Assembly: GCA_045652245.1 (NCBI GenBank)
Contig: JAZRTY010000039.1
Span: 4,214-68,213, forward strand
Length of the DNA stretch: 64,000 bases
Source of the DNA: Eubacteriales bacterium
Lineage (GTDB): Bacteria > Bacillota > Clostridia > Oscillospirales > CAG-382
Direction of reading: 5' to 3'
Below, piece after piece: positions 39,101 through 48,567 of the stretch. The first letter of the stretch is position 1; each line of letters opens with the position of its first letter. A model generated the notes under the pieces. That model worked only from the letters and a program-made list of their open reading frames with translations. It was not told the DNA's origin and searched no databases. A program made the position numbers and the translations under genes.

Positions 39101-40603
39101 ATGGCTTACTACTATCCAGAACCGTCAAGAACCTTTAGTGAATATCTTTTAATACCCGGATATTCAGATGCAAATTGTATTCCTGCAAATGTCAGCCTGA
39201 AAACACCACTTGTTAAATTCCGTAAGGGCGAAGAGCCGGAATTGTCAATGAATATTCCGCTTGTTTCAGCTATCATGCAGTCGGTTTCGGATGACAAGAT
39301 GGCTATTGCACTTGCTAAAGAGGGTGGCGTTTCCTTTATATATGGCTCGCAGACAATTGAACAGGAAGCTGAAATGGTAAGACGTGTTAAGAATTATAAA
39401 GCAGGCTTTGTTACTTCCGATTCAAATATAGCTCCCGATGCAACTTTAGCAGATGTAATTGAGCTTAAAGAGCGCCTTGGTCACTCAACAATTGCAGTAA
39501 CTGAGGACGGAACGCCTAACGGAAAGCTTCTCGGTATCGTTACCGGACGTGATTACAGAATCAGCCGTATGTCAATGGACGAAAAGGTACATACCTTTAT
39601 GACTCCCCTTAGTAAGCTCATCACAGCTCCCGAGGGAACAACCCTTAAGGAGTGTAACAACATAATCTGGGATAACAAATTAAATTCCCTTCCGATTGTT
39701 GATGCAAATGGAAAGCTCCTTTACTTCGTTTTCCGTAAGGACTACGACCAGCACAAGGAAAATCCTCACGAATTACTTGACAAAGATAAGAGATATGTTG
39801 TTGGTGCAGGTGTAAATACCCGTGACTATGAAGAAAGAATCCCTGCTCTTATAGAGGCAGGCGCAGATGTTCTTTGTATTGACTCAAGCGAAGGCTTTAC
39901 CGAGTGGCAGGCGAGAACTATTGCATTTGTTCGTGAAAAATACGGTGATACAGTAAAAATCGGTGCAGGCAACGTTGTTGACGCAGAGGGCTTCAGATTC
40001 TTAGCTGATGCAGGTGCTGACTTTATTAAAATCGGTATCGGTGGTGGCTCTATCTGTATTACCCGTGAAACAAAGGGCATAGGCAGAGGACAGGCAACTG
40101 CAGTAATTGACGTAGCACAGGCAAGAGACGAATACTTCAAGGAAACAGGAGTTTATATTCCGATTTGTTCCGACGGTGGAATCGTTCACGACTATCATAT
40201 CACACTTGCACTTGCTATGGGCTGTGATTTCTGTATGCTCGGCAGATACTTCTCACGTTTTGATGAGTCTCCTACAAATAAGATTATGATTAACGGAAAT
40301 TATATGAAGGAATACTGGGGCGAAGGAAGTGCAAGAGCACGTAACTGGCAGAGATACGACCTCGGGGGTGCAGCAAAGCTCTCCTTTGTTGAGGGTGTTG
40401 ACTGCTACGTTCCGTATGCAGGTCCGCTTCATGATAACCTTGCAATTACTCTTGCAAAGGTGCGTTCGACTATGTGTAACTGTGGCGCACTTTCAATTGA
40501 AGAGCTCCAGAAGAAAGCAAAGCTCACACTTGTAAGCTCTGTTTCGATTGTCGAGGGCGGTGCTCACGACGTACTCGTAAAAGACCAGACTCAAGGACGA
40601 TAA
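39101..40603 (+). CDS. guaB: IMP dehydrogenase
   Basis: SAIMQSV, CBS pair and [14 protein letters not shown] catalytic motif. Confidence 0.96.
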   Translation: MAYYYPEPSRTFSEYLLIPGYSDANCIPANVSLKTPLVKFRKGEEPELSMNIPLVSAIMQSVSDDKMAIALAKEGGVSFIYGSQTIEQEAEMVRRVKNYKAGFVTSDSNIAPDATLADVIELKERLGHSTIAVTEDGTPNGKLLGIVTGRDYRISRMSMDEKVHTFMTPLSKLITAPEGTTLKECNNIIWDNKLNSLPIVDANGKLLYFVFRKDYDQHKENPHELLDKDKRYVVGAGVNTRDYEERIPALIEAGADVLCIDSSEGFTEWQARTIAFVREKYGDTVKIGAGNVVDAEGFRFLADAGADFIKIGIGGGSICITRETKGIGRGQATAVIDVAQARDEYFKETGVYIPICSDGGIVHDYHITLALAMGCDFCMLGRYFSRFDESPTNKIMINGNYMKEYWGEGSARARNWQRYDLGGAAKLSFVEGVDCYVPYAGPLHDNLAITLAKVRSTMCNCGALSIEELQKKAKLTLVSSVSIVEGGAHDVLVKDQTQGR

Positions 40604-40610
40604 TATTATG

Positions 40611-40740
40611 GGGGCTTCTCGCCCCATACCCCTTTTCGCAGGGCTCCTCGCCCTGCACCTCGGTCGCTTTTTGAAAAATGCGACGCAAAAACTTTAACAC
40701 TTTACGCCGAACTGTTCTGCTTCGCAAAACAGTCCGGCGG
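40611..40740 (+). repeat. REP-like repeat, family C, copy 2 (with extension hairpin)
   Basis: GGGGCTTCTCGCCCC..GTCGCTTTTTGAAAAATGCGAC-GCAAAAACTTTAACACTTT..CGCCGAACTG..CAGTCCGGCG. Confidence 0.8.
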
Positions 40741-40751
40741 GAATACAAAAA

Positions 40752-40866
40752 GCCTTCCCCCTCGGGGGAAGGTGGGTTTGCGTAAGCAAACTCGGATGAG
40801 GGGACATTAACGGCGAAATAACCCCTCATCAGTCACTCCGTGACAGCTTCCCCCCAAGGGGAAGCC
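40752..40866. repeat. REP-like doublet, family B, copy 2
   Basis: Near-identical to 38847-38964, including the spacer ACATTAA..GAAATAACCCCTCATCAGTCACTCCGTGACAGC. Confidence 0.88.
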
Positions 40867-40879
40867 TTCAAAAATCCTT

Positions 40880-41010
40880 TCCCTTGACTTGGGCTCTTTT
40901 TGATTACTTTTTCCAGCTCTAAGGTGGGAAAAAGTAATTAGGGGTTTCAGGGGGTGAAACCCCATGAATTCTCGTAAAAAGTGGGATTCTAGGGGGATGA
41001 AATCCTCTGG
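40880..41010. repeat. REP-like repeat, family D (CCCTTGAC..TTTTTGnnTACTTTTT..AAAAAG..GGGGT..GGGG-loop-CCCC)
   Basis: Same organisation as 50741-50843. Confidence 0.6.
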
Positions 41011-41036
41011 TAATAAACGATTTGTTATTTCAAAAC

Positions 41037-41060
41037 GGGCGACTAATAGTCGCCCCTACG
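41037..41060 (-). repeat. GTAG-type REP palindrome
   Basis: Minus strand CGTAG-GGGCGACTA-T-TAGTCGCCC: GTAG foot plus palindrome, as in RAYT-associated REPs. Confidence 0.6.
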
Positions 41061-41198
41061 AATACGAACCGGACAGATGTGAAATCTGTTTGTATGTTTC
41101 GGGAAATTTCTTATAAAAAATAAAAACACATTAAATCTCAGGGCTTAACGAAATAAAGTTGAGCCCTGAAAAAATAAATAAAGAGAGGAGGCTCGTTT

Positions 41199-43415
41199 TT
41201 GGCAGAAAAATTTGATACTGTAAAGGGCGAAGTACAGGACGTTACCTACACTAACGAAATAAACGGCTATACCGTCTGTGTTATAGATTACGAGGATGAG
41301 CTTCTGACTCTTGTTGGTACTATGCCGTTTATAAATGTCGGCGAAACTATAAATGCCGTCGGGAAATTTACCATTCACCCTACCTTTGGACGTCAATTTC
41401 GTGTTGAGCATTATGAAAAAGAGCTTCCGACAAGCGAGGAATCAATTATTGCGTATCTTTCTTCGGGGGCTATAAAGGGCATAGGTCCTGTTATTGCAAG
41501 AAGAATTGTTGCAAAATATGGGAGTGATTCGCTGGACGTTCTTGAAAACCACAGCGAATATCTTTCAGATATAAACGGAATATCAAAAAAGAAAGCCCGT
41601 GAAATCGGGGAATCTTACGCCGGTCAGTTCGGCATGCGGAATGTTATGATGTACTTTAACGGAATTTTGACTACAAGTGTTGCAATGAAGGTTTATAAAA
41701 GATACGGAGATGCAGCAGTTGATATAGTTAAGAGAAATCCGTATGTTCTGTGCGAGAATATAAGTGGAGTCGGCTTTGAAAGAGCAGATGCCGTAGCACG
41801 CAAGCTCGGTGTTGACGAGCATTCGCATTTCCGTATTGAATCGGGAATGAAATATATACTTAAAATGAATCTTTTACGCAACGGAAACTGCTATATGCCA
41901 CAGGAGTTGCTCCTTTCCGAGACGACCACCCTGCTCGGCGTTACACACGAGGAAGCACAGAACGCACTTCGTGCGATTATCTCTCTCGGACAGGCTATTG
42001 CGGTAAAGTACGGTGATACACTTGCAATTTATATAGACTACGCATATAATGCCGAGAAATTCTGCGCCGAAAGACTCAAAATGCTCTCGGATGTTTCGGT
42101 AAATATACCCGTAAAACGGGCGAACGATTATATAGATACAGCACAAGCAGAAATGGACCTTGTTTTTGCGCCACTTCAGCGCAAGGCGATAAAGGCTGCA
42201 GTAGATAACGGTATGCTGATAATTACGGGTGGCCCCGGCACCGGAAAAACTACAGTTATCCGTGCAATTCTCAAAATTTTTGATGCCTTTGGGATTGACA
42301 CACTTCTGGCAGCCCCCACAGGCAGAGCTGCCAAGAGAATGACACACGCTACCGGCAGAGAAGCACGTACAATTCACAGGCTTCTTGAGAGCGGCTACGG
42401 TGATGACGATAATCCAAGTATTACAACCTTTGCAAAGGACGAGGATAATCCACTTGACTGTCAAGCACTGATAGTAGATGAAATCTCAATGTGTGATATT
42501 TTTCTGCTGTCGTCGCTTCTTTCTGCCATAAGGCCCGGAACAAAGCTCATCTTTATCGGGGACAGCGACCAGCTGCCACCTGTGGGAGCCGGAGATACAC
42601 TTCGTGATATGATAAAAAGCGAAGTGATACCAACCGTTCGTCTTGATGAGGTTTTCCGTCAGAGTGAGGGAAGTGGAATTGTTATTGCCGCACACAAAAT
42701 AAATAAGGGAGAAATCCCGGCTACCGACAACAAAAGCGACGATTTCTTTTTCATGAAAAGAACGTCTCCGAAGGATGTAACAGAGCTTATTTGTTCTCTT
42801 GCGTCCGACAGACTCGTAAACGCATATAATTACAATCCGGTCGAGGATATTCAGATTATAACTCCGTCAAGAAAAGGAATTACAGGAACGGTAAATCTCA
42901 ACGCAATACTTCAGAGTGTTCTCAATCCACAGAGCCTTTCAAAAACCGAACGCAAAGTCGGCGAAATTATATACCGTGAGGGAGATAAGGTAATGCAGAT
43001 AAAAAACAATTACCTGCAGGAATGGAAGTATGACGACGGACGAAGCGGCGACGGAGTCTTTAACGGCGAAATAGGGACTATTGAGAGTATAAACAATTAC
43101 GAAGAAAAGTTCAGTGTAAATTTTGACGGACGGCACGTCATATACGATATGGCGCAATTTGATGAGATAGAGCACGCATATGCCGTAACGGTACACAAAA
43201 GCCAGGGAAGCGAATATCCGTGTGTTATAATTCCTCTTTTTGACGCACCTCCCGGACTTCTTACGAGAAATATGCTCTATACTGCCGTAACACGTGCGCA
43301 AAGACAGGTAATTCTTGTAGGCAAAACCGAGGTTATGACAGAGATGATAAACAACAACCGTCAGATAAAGAGACACACAGGACTTTGTTCAATGCTCAAA
43401 AAAGAAGATAACTGA
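41199..43415 (+). CDS. recD2: ATP-dependent RecD2-like DNA helicase
   Basis: IKGIGP HhH, TGGPGTGKTT, APTGRAAKR, GDSDQLP and AYAVTVHKSQGSEY motifs. Confidence 0.95.
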   Translation: MAEKFDTVKGEVQDVTYTNEINGYTVCVIDYEDELLTLVGTMPFINVGETINAVGKFTIHPTFGRQFRVEHYEKELPTSEESIIAYLSSGAIKGIGPVIARRIVAKYGSDSLDVLENHSEYLSDINGISKKKAREIGESYAGQFGMRNVMMYFNGILTTSVAMKVYKRYGDAAVDIVKRNPYVLCENISGVGFERADAVARKLGVDEHSHFRIESGMKYILKMNLLRNGNCYMPQELLLSETTTLLGVTHEEAQNALRAIISLGQAIAVKYGDTLAIYIDYAYNAEKFCAERLKMLSDVSVNIPVKRANDYIDTAQAEMDLVFAPLQRKAIKAAVDNGMLIITGGPGTGKTTVIRAILKIFDAFGIDTLLAAPTGRAAKRMTHATGREARTIHRLLESGYGDDDNPSITTFAKDEDNPLDCQALIVDEISMCDIFLLSSLLSAIRPGTKLIFIGDSDQLPPVGAGDTLRDMIKSEVIPTVRLDEVFRQSEGSGIVIAAHKINKGEIPATDNKSDDFFFMKRTSPKDVTELICSLASDRLVNAYNYNPVEDIQIITPSRKGITGTVNLNAILQSVLNPQSLSKTERKVGEIIYREGDKVMQIKNNYLQEWKYDDGRSGDGVFNGEIGTIESINNYEEKFSVNFDGRHVIYDMAQFDEIEHAYAVTVHKSQGSEYPCVIIPLFDAPPGLLTRNMLYTAVTRAQRQVILVGKTEVMTEMINNNRQIKRHTGLCSMLKKEDN

Positions 43416-43428
43416 AAGGAGATAAATT

Positions 43429-43869
43429 ATGAAAATCGAAATTACAAAGCTATGTGAAAACGCAATTATTCCAAAAAGAGGCTCGGACAAAGCAGCAGGC
43501 TATGACCTTTATGCTTGCCTTGAATGTGATAGTGTAGAAATCGCACCTCACACTACCGTAAAAATCGGAACAGGACTTGCAATTGCTGTTCCCGACGGAT
43601 ATTTCGGTGCAGTTTTTGCAAGAAGCGGACTTGCAGCAAAGGAAGGACTCAGACCTGCAAACTGCGTAGGCGTTTGCGACAGCGACTACCGTGGTGAGTA
43701 TATTGTGGCACTTCACAACGATAGCGACGAGATAAGAACTGTAAAGAACGGTGACAGAATTGCTCAGCTTGTTGTTATGCCTTTTCTTGAGGTTGAATTT
43801 TCCGAGGTTAATGCCCTTTCCGAAACAGAACGTGGCGCCGGTGGGTTTGGAAGTACAGGAAAACAATAA
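43429..43869 (+). CDS. dut: dUTP diphosphatase
   Basis: AAGYDL, ARSGLA, DSDYRGE and RGAGGFGSTG motifs. Confidence 0.97.
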   Translation: MKIEITKLCENAIIPKRGSDKAAGYDLYACLECDSVEIAPHTTVKIGTGLAIAVPDGYFGAVFARSGLAAKEGLRPANCVGVCDSDYRGEYIVALHNDSDEIRTVKNGDRIAQLVVMPFLEVEFSEVNALSETERGAGGFGSTGKQ

Positions 43870-43873
43870 AAAA

Positions 43874-44083
43874 GCCTTCCCCTTGAGGGGTAACGAAGTG
43901 GCGACGAGGTAGTGAATGACAGCCCGGTGCGGCTGTCAGAGCCGAGTCGGACCGAGCCGCAGCGAGACAGGTGGGTTTTGCGAAGCAAAACTCGGATGAG
44001 GTGGAAATTGTGTTGTGTGAAATATTAGAATAAACACCTCATCAGTCTCGCCTTGCTCGACAGCTTCCCCTCAAGGGGAAGCC
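43874..44083. repeat. REP-like doublet, family B, copy 3, with a nested ~78-nt insertion
   Basis: GCCTTCCCCTTGAGGGG|insert|AGGTGGGTTTTGCGAAGCAAAACTCGGATGAGG .. CCTCATCAGTC..GACAGCTTCCCCTCAAGGGGAAGCC. Confidence 0.85.
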
Positions 44084-45345
44084 TTTTTATTTTTCTTCTT
44101 CACAACCGAAAATACAACAAGTGTCACAATCATAAGAATCGGAAAGGCTGCCGCAGCCATAAGACCACACTTGAGGCAAACGAGATTTACGTCAAGTCCG
44201 GAGAATATCGGATATGCAGAAACACTTTCAATGTTTACGGCATTTGATACAATTCCCGTGAAATACGGTCCGAGCGAACAGCCAAGGTCACCGAATATCG
44301 CAAGAAGCCCGAAAAGTGCCGTACCACCAAGAGGAAATTCACGTGCAGACAGGCTAAGTACTCCCGGCCACATAAGACTTACCGAAAAGCCACAGAGCGA
44401 ACAGCCCATAAGAGCTACAACAGGACTTTTTGAGATGGTTATCATAGCATATGAGACAAGGCAGAGTACAGCACATACCAGAAGTCCGTGTGCTATTTTG
44501 AAACGAGAGCCGAAAACTCCGTAAAGTATTCTTCCGATTCCCATAAAGAAGGCAAAAGCACACGGACCGAGCAGGTCTCCTGCGACCTTTGAAATTCCGA
44601 GTCCTTTTTCTGCAAGCATTGATGCCCATTGAGCTACTGCAAGCTCTGCTGCTCCTCCACAGACCATAAGTATTGCTCCGAGAAGGAAGAATTTTGAAAA
44701 GACTATTTTTTTAATAGGTGTTCTTCTTTCCCCACTTACAAAGACAGGGAACGGAACCTTTAAAAAGAGCAGAGCGTTAATAAGTGGCACGAGCGACCAC
44801 AAAACCGGGATAAGATACCATATACTGTTGCCTATAAAATATAAAAGGAGAGTTGACAGAAGAACTACCGACACCTGCCCCCAGCAGTAAAAGGAATGCA
44901 GAAAAATCATAGCTGCAGCCTTGGCGCCATTCTTTGAGCTTTCTGATTCTTCAATCGGTATTGCATCTATAATCGGGCTTATTACTACTTCGACAAGTCC
45001 ACCGCCTACCGAGTAAAAGAAGGTTGCAATAATGAGTGCTGCATATGTATTCGGAATTACCATCGGAAGAAGTCCTAAAAAAGCAAGTCCCGTGAAGGAA
45101 AAAAGCTGCGACAGAATAGCACAACTCTTAACACTCAGCCTTGTCAGAAGCTTTACCGAAACCATATCTGTAAAAATCTGTATTATAAAGTTCAATAGCA
45201 CCAGCGTTCCGAGCTTTGCATTGTCAATGCCGTATGCATCACTGAAGATTACAAAAAATATCGGGGCAATATTTATTACGATTGCCTGTACGACATAGCC
45301 GATATAGCAGGCAATTTTTGTGTGTTTAAAGGATGGCTTTAACAT
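44071..45345 (-). CDS. MFS transporter (fucose permease-like)
   Basis: About 12 TM segments; GGGLVEV, LHSFYCWGQ and GDLGCSLGP motifs; start placed at ATG 45345 to avoid overlap with prmC. Confidence 0.85.
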   Translation of the reverse strand: MLKPSFKHTKIACYIGYVVQAIVINIAPIFFVIFSDAYGIDNAKLGTLVLLNFIIQIFTDMVSVKLLTRLSVKSCAILSQLFSFTGLAFLGLLPMVIPNTYAALIIATFFYSVGGGLVEVVISPIIDAIPIEESESSKNGAKAAAMIFLHSFYCWGQVSVVLLSTLLLYFIGNSIWYLIPVLWSLVPLINALLFLKVPFPVFVSGERRTPIKKIVFSKFFLLGAILMVCGGAAELAVAQWASMLAEKGLGISKVAGDLLGPCAFAFFMGIGRILYGVFGSRFKIAHGLLVCAVLCLVSYAMITISKSPVVALMGCSLCGFSVSLMWPGVLSLSAREFPLGGTALFGLLAIFGDLGCSLGPYFTGIVSNAVNIESVSAYPIFSGLDVNLVCLKCGLMAAAAFPILMIVTLVVFSVVKKKNKKASP

Positions 45346-45352
45346 TTTTATC

Positions 45353-46198
45353 TCACTTTTCTTTTTTTCTTCCGAGAACAACTCTCTCGACACCGAAGAT
45401 GTCTGTCAGCACCTCGGTTTCCATTTTGCGATATTTCAAGATTGCTTCAACCTGGCGTACCGTATCGTAGCCTGCTTCAAGAAGCAAAATGCCATCGTCC
45501 TCAAGAAATCTTGAGGAATAACGCTGTGCTATCATTTTATAGAATTCAAGTCCGTCGAAGCCTCCGTCAAAGGCAATTCTCGGCTCATACTTCATTGTTT
45601 CCGAAAAATTATCCACATCCTTCGTTTTGACATAAGGGGGATTGGAAAGGATACAGTCGGGTATTTTTATCGGGATAAAGTCTTCAAGAGAGCAGTTTAT
45701 AAGCTCAAGTCTTTTTTCTACCTTGTGATATTTTGCATTCTTTTCGGCGTAAGCAAGGGCGTCCTTTGAAATGTCAACTGCAGTTCCCGTCACGTCACTT
45801 CGGTTGTTGAGAATCGCAACAGAAATACAACCACTTCCCGTACACAAATCTATAAAATGCCCACCCTCGGGGATAAGGTTTATTGCTTTTTCAACAAGCA
45901 ATTCTGTTTCGGGCCTCGGAATAAGGCACCCACTTCCACAGAACATACGAAGTCCGAAGAACTCCCATTCTCCGATAATATATTGAAGTGGCTCACACCT
46001 TTCACGACGTGCGATTGCTTCAGTTAACTTTTCAAGAGTTTCCTGTGGGATTATTTCGTGCCGTATTGCAAGTAAATGAGCCTTTGTGATTTTTGCAAAG
46101 TGGCAGATTAAAATTGATATTTCAAATTCGGGATTTTCTACATCCTTTATTGCCGATAATCTTTTCTTCGCTTCTGTTTTAAATTCGCTGTAAGTCAT
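45353..46198 (-). CDS. prmC: Release factor glutamine N5-methyltransferase
   Basis: EPLQYIIG, LIPRPETE, DLCTGSGCI and SNPPY motifs. Confidence 0.95.
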   Translation of the reverse strand: MTYSEFKTEAKKRLSAIKDVENPEFEISILICHFAKITKAHLLAIRHEIIPQETLEKLTEAIARRERCEPLQYIIGEWEFFGLRMFCGSGCLIPRPETELLVEKAINLIPEGGHFIDLCTGSGCISVAILNNRSDVTGTAVDISKDALAYAEKNAKYHKVEKRLELINCSLEDFIPIKIPDCILSNPPYVKTKDVDNFSETMKYEPRIAFDGGFDGLEFYKMIAQRYSSRFLEDDGILLLEAGYDTVRQVEAILKYRKMETEVLTDIFGVERVVLGRKKEK

Positions 46199-46223
46199 TT
46201 TTCACCTGTGTAGTATTGCTGTG

Positions 46224-47228
46224 TCAGTTATCGCTGTTTTCTTCCGGTTTTGTTTCTTCTGAAATTTCTTCTTCCTTATAGATATCGGGAAGTGAAGCCT
46301 TAAGGGATGCTATTGCTACCTCTATCATATCGTCTGTCGGCTCCTTTGTGGTAATTCTCTGTACCCAAAGTCCCGGAGCTGAAATAAGTCTTACAAAGGC
46401 ATTGTCGTGTTTGCCTGCATATCTTATAAATTCATAGCCGAGTCCTACGACAATCGGAAGTGTCAGAAACTTCATTACGACATAAATTCCGTCCTTGAAG
46501 TTTGCAAAGGGAATTGAAATAAGAATACCGAGCACCATCATAACAACAAGGAAACTTGTTCCACATCTCGGGTGGAATCTTGATTGCTTTTTTACGTTTT
46601 CAACCGTCAATTCTTCATACGCCTCGTGGCAGAAAATAGACTTGTGTTCAGCACCGTGATACATAAAGGTGCGCTTCATATCGGGGATAAGAGAAACAAG
46701 CTCTATATATAAAAGGAAAATAACAATTCGGAGTACTCCCTGAATGAAGCTTTTGAGAACTGCAAAGCCGTAGTTTGCCTCTACCAAAGCTGAGGAAACG
46801 AATATATTTGAAATGAGCTTCGGCAGGTACATAAACAGAAATACCGAAAGCACAACCCCCAGAATTGTTCCGATAAAGGAGGCAACCGTTGCAATACTCT
46901 TGCCGAATTTCTCAGTCAGCCACTTTTCAAACTTTGACTCCTCTTCCTCCTCAAGTCCGAGCATATCAACTGAACGATTGATTGTATCAAAGCTCAATAT
47001 CATAGAATCTATAAAGCCGACAATTCCACGAATAAAGGGGATTCTGAAAAACTTACTTTTTGCTGTCAAGGATTTGCTGTTTCTTACGTCGGTTTTTATG
47101 TTTCCTTTTGTGTCACGGACAGAAATTGCAATTTTGTCCTTTGACTTCATCATAACGCCCTCAAGGACTGCCTGACCACCTGTTGTACCGAGTCTTTCGT
47201 TTGGGCAAAGTTTATTTTTACAAGACAT
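46224..47228 (-). CDS. DUF1385 membrane protein
   Basis: GGQAVLEGVMM, YHGAEHK, HPRCGTSF and TTKEP motifs; usual neighbour of prmC. Confidence 0.9.
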   Translation of the reverse strand: MSCKNKLCPNERLGTTGGQAVLEGVMMKSKDKIAISVRDTKGNIKTDVRNSKSLTAKSKFFRIPFIRGIVGFIDSMILSFDTINRSVDMLGLEEEEESKFEKWLTEKFGKSIATVASFIGTILGVVLSVFLFMYLPKLISNIFVSSALVEANYGFAVLKSFIQGVLRIVIFLLYIELVSLIPDMKRTFMYHGAEHKSIFCHEAYEELTVENVKKQSRFHPRCGTSFLVVMMVLGILISIPFANFKDGIYVVMKFLTLPIVVGLGYEFIRYAGKHDNAFVRLISAPGLWVQRITTKEPTDDMIEVAIASLKASLPDIYKEEEISEETKPEENSDN

Positions 47229-47370
47229 AATTTTTTCCTTTCAGATAAATGGGTGAAACTACATATATATTATAATTATATTTTCCGACTATTTCAACAA
47301 CAAAGTATGAATTATCTATGTTTTTACACTTTTGAAACAACCTTTTCGGTAATGGGCAAAAAATCCCCCC

Positions 47371-47399
47371 TTGACAAAAGGTAAATGTGGTGCTATAAT
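47371..47399 (+). promoter_or_regulatory. Sigma-A promoter of the T-box/thrS unit
   Basis: TTGACA-17bp-TATAAT with extended -10 TG. Confidence 0.85.
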
Positions 47400-47414
47400 A
47401 TATGTAGATTTTAA

Positions 47415-47650
47415 AAGGCTATGAGAAAGACACGAAAATACAAGGGCGCTTTACAGAGAGTATGCTATTTCGGTGTAAGGTATACAGGCAGTCGGTATTT
47501 TTACCACTTTTGAGCTTTCGGGGGTAGCAACCCGAACGCAGATGCTGCGTTATGGCAAAATGAGGTATATTCTTTCGTGAATATATGAACTCGGGTGGAA
47601 ACACGGTTAATACTGTCCCGTCGGTGAGAAATCTCCGACGGGATATTTTT
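47415..47650 (+). ncRNA. T-box riboswitch, threonine (ACC specifier)
   Basis: Stem I with AGAGAG and GGTGTAA motifs, ACC at 47503-47505, T-box AACTCGGGTGGAAACACGG, terminator TGTCCCGTCGG..CCGACGGGATA-TTTTT. Confidence 0.88.
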
Positions 47651-47664
47651 ATATAGGTGACAAA

Positions 47665-48540
47665 ATGAAAAAAAGAATACTTCTCGTTTCGGATATGCAC
47701 TACACAACCCAGGAAACATACGAAGAGCTTGAAAAAATACATCCCGGAGCGAATACCTGCCCTGCATCCGGAACGGTGCTCGGAAAGACACAGCAACAAA
47801 AGCTTGAAAAACTGATGAACGATATTTTCAAAGAGCACGAAAAAGAACCTCTTGATATGGTACTTATTCTCGGTGACCTTTCGGTTGATGATTATGATTT
47901 CAGGAGGCTTCCGGATAATTATTGCCGTAAGTTTAAAGAAGAGGTTATGGATAAGCTCCCCTGTCCTGTATATGCTCTGCCGGGAAACCACGACAGTCAC
48001 TCGGAAGAAGTATGGCGACAAATCTTCGGGTATCCTCGAGAATATTCGGTAAAGCTCGGCAATAACATTTTCCTTATGCTTGATACCTTTAACAATCTTC
48101 CTGCAAAGGCAGGCTGTGGTGCAAGGTATAGCGGTATTGACCGGGAGTTTATAAAAAATGAGCTTTCAAAGTACGACGGTGACGAAAATGTATTTGTCTG
48201 CGCTCACTACATAAGACCTGACGAGGAAGAACTTTCGGAAATAAAAAATCTCAGGTGCCTTTTCAGGGGACACACGCACGAGAGTGAGCTTCTTGATTTT
48301 CACGGAAAGCCTCTTTTCGATATTGGCGGCTACGGCTATAACGGTGTGCGGCTTGAAAGTGGAAAATATACTTTTAATATTTTCTTTGAAAACTGTGCGT
48401 GGGGCTACAATATGCTGGAGATTGAAGAAGACAGTATAAGCGTATATCACAGGCGAGTTGATATGACCTACAACGCCGAAAACGGAGTGTTTGATATTGC
48501 CGAAGAAATAAGCGACAGAAAAACAATAGACATAAAATAA
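47665..48540 (+). CDS. Calcineurin-like metallophosphoesterase
   Basis: SDMH, LGDL, PGNHD, AH and GHTH motifs. Confidence 0.88.
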   Translation: MKKRILLVSDMHYTTQETYEELEKIHPGANTCPASGTVLGKTQQQKLEKLMNDIFKEHEKEPLDMVLILGDLSVDDYDFRRLPDNYCRKFKEEVMDKLPCPVYALPGNHDSHSEEVWRQIFGYPREYSVKLGNNIFLMLDTFNNLPAKAGCGARYSGIDREFIKNELSKYDGDENVFVCAHYIRPDEEELSEIKNLRCLFRGHTHESELLDFHGKPLFDIGGYGYNGVRLESGKYTFNIFFENCAWGYNMLEIEEDSISVYHRRVDMTYNAENGVFDIAEEISDRKTIDIK

Positions 48541-48567
48541 AGGAAGAAAAAAGAAAGGAAATAAAAA

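Noticed and set aside
38811-39152. Short ORFs spanning REP clusters (also 40524-40829, 43764-43988 and 50459-50995)
   Set aside because: They are translations of the palindromic repeats, not genes.
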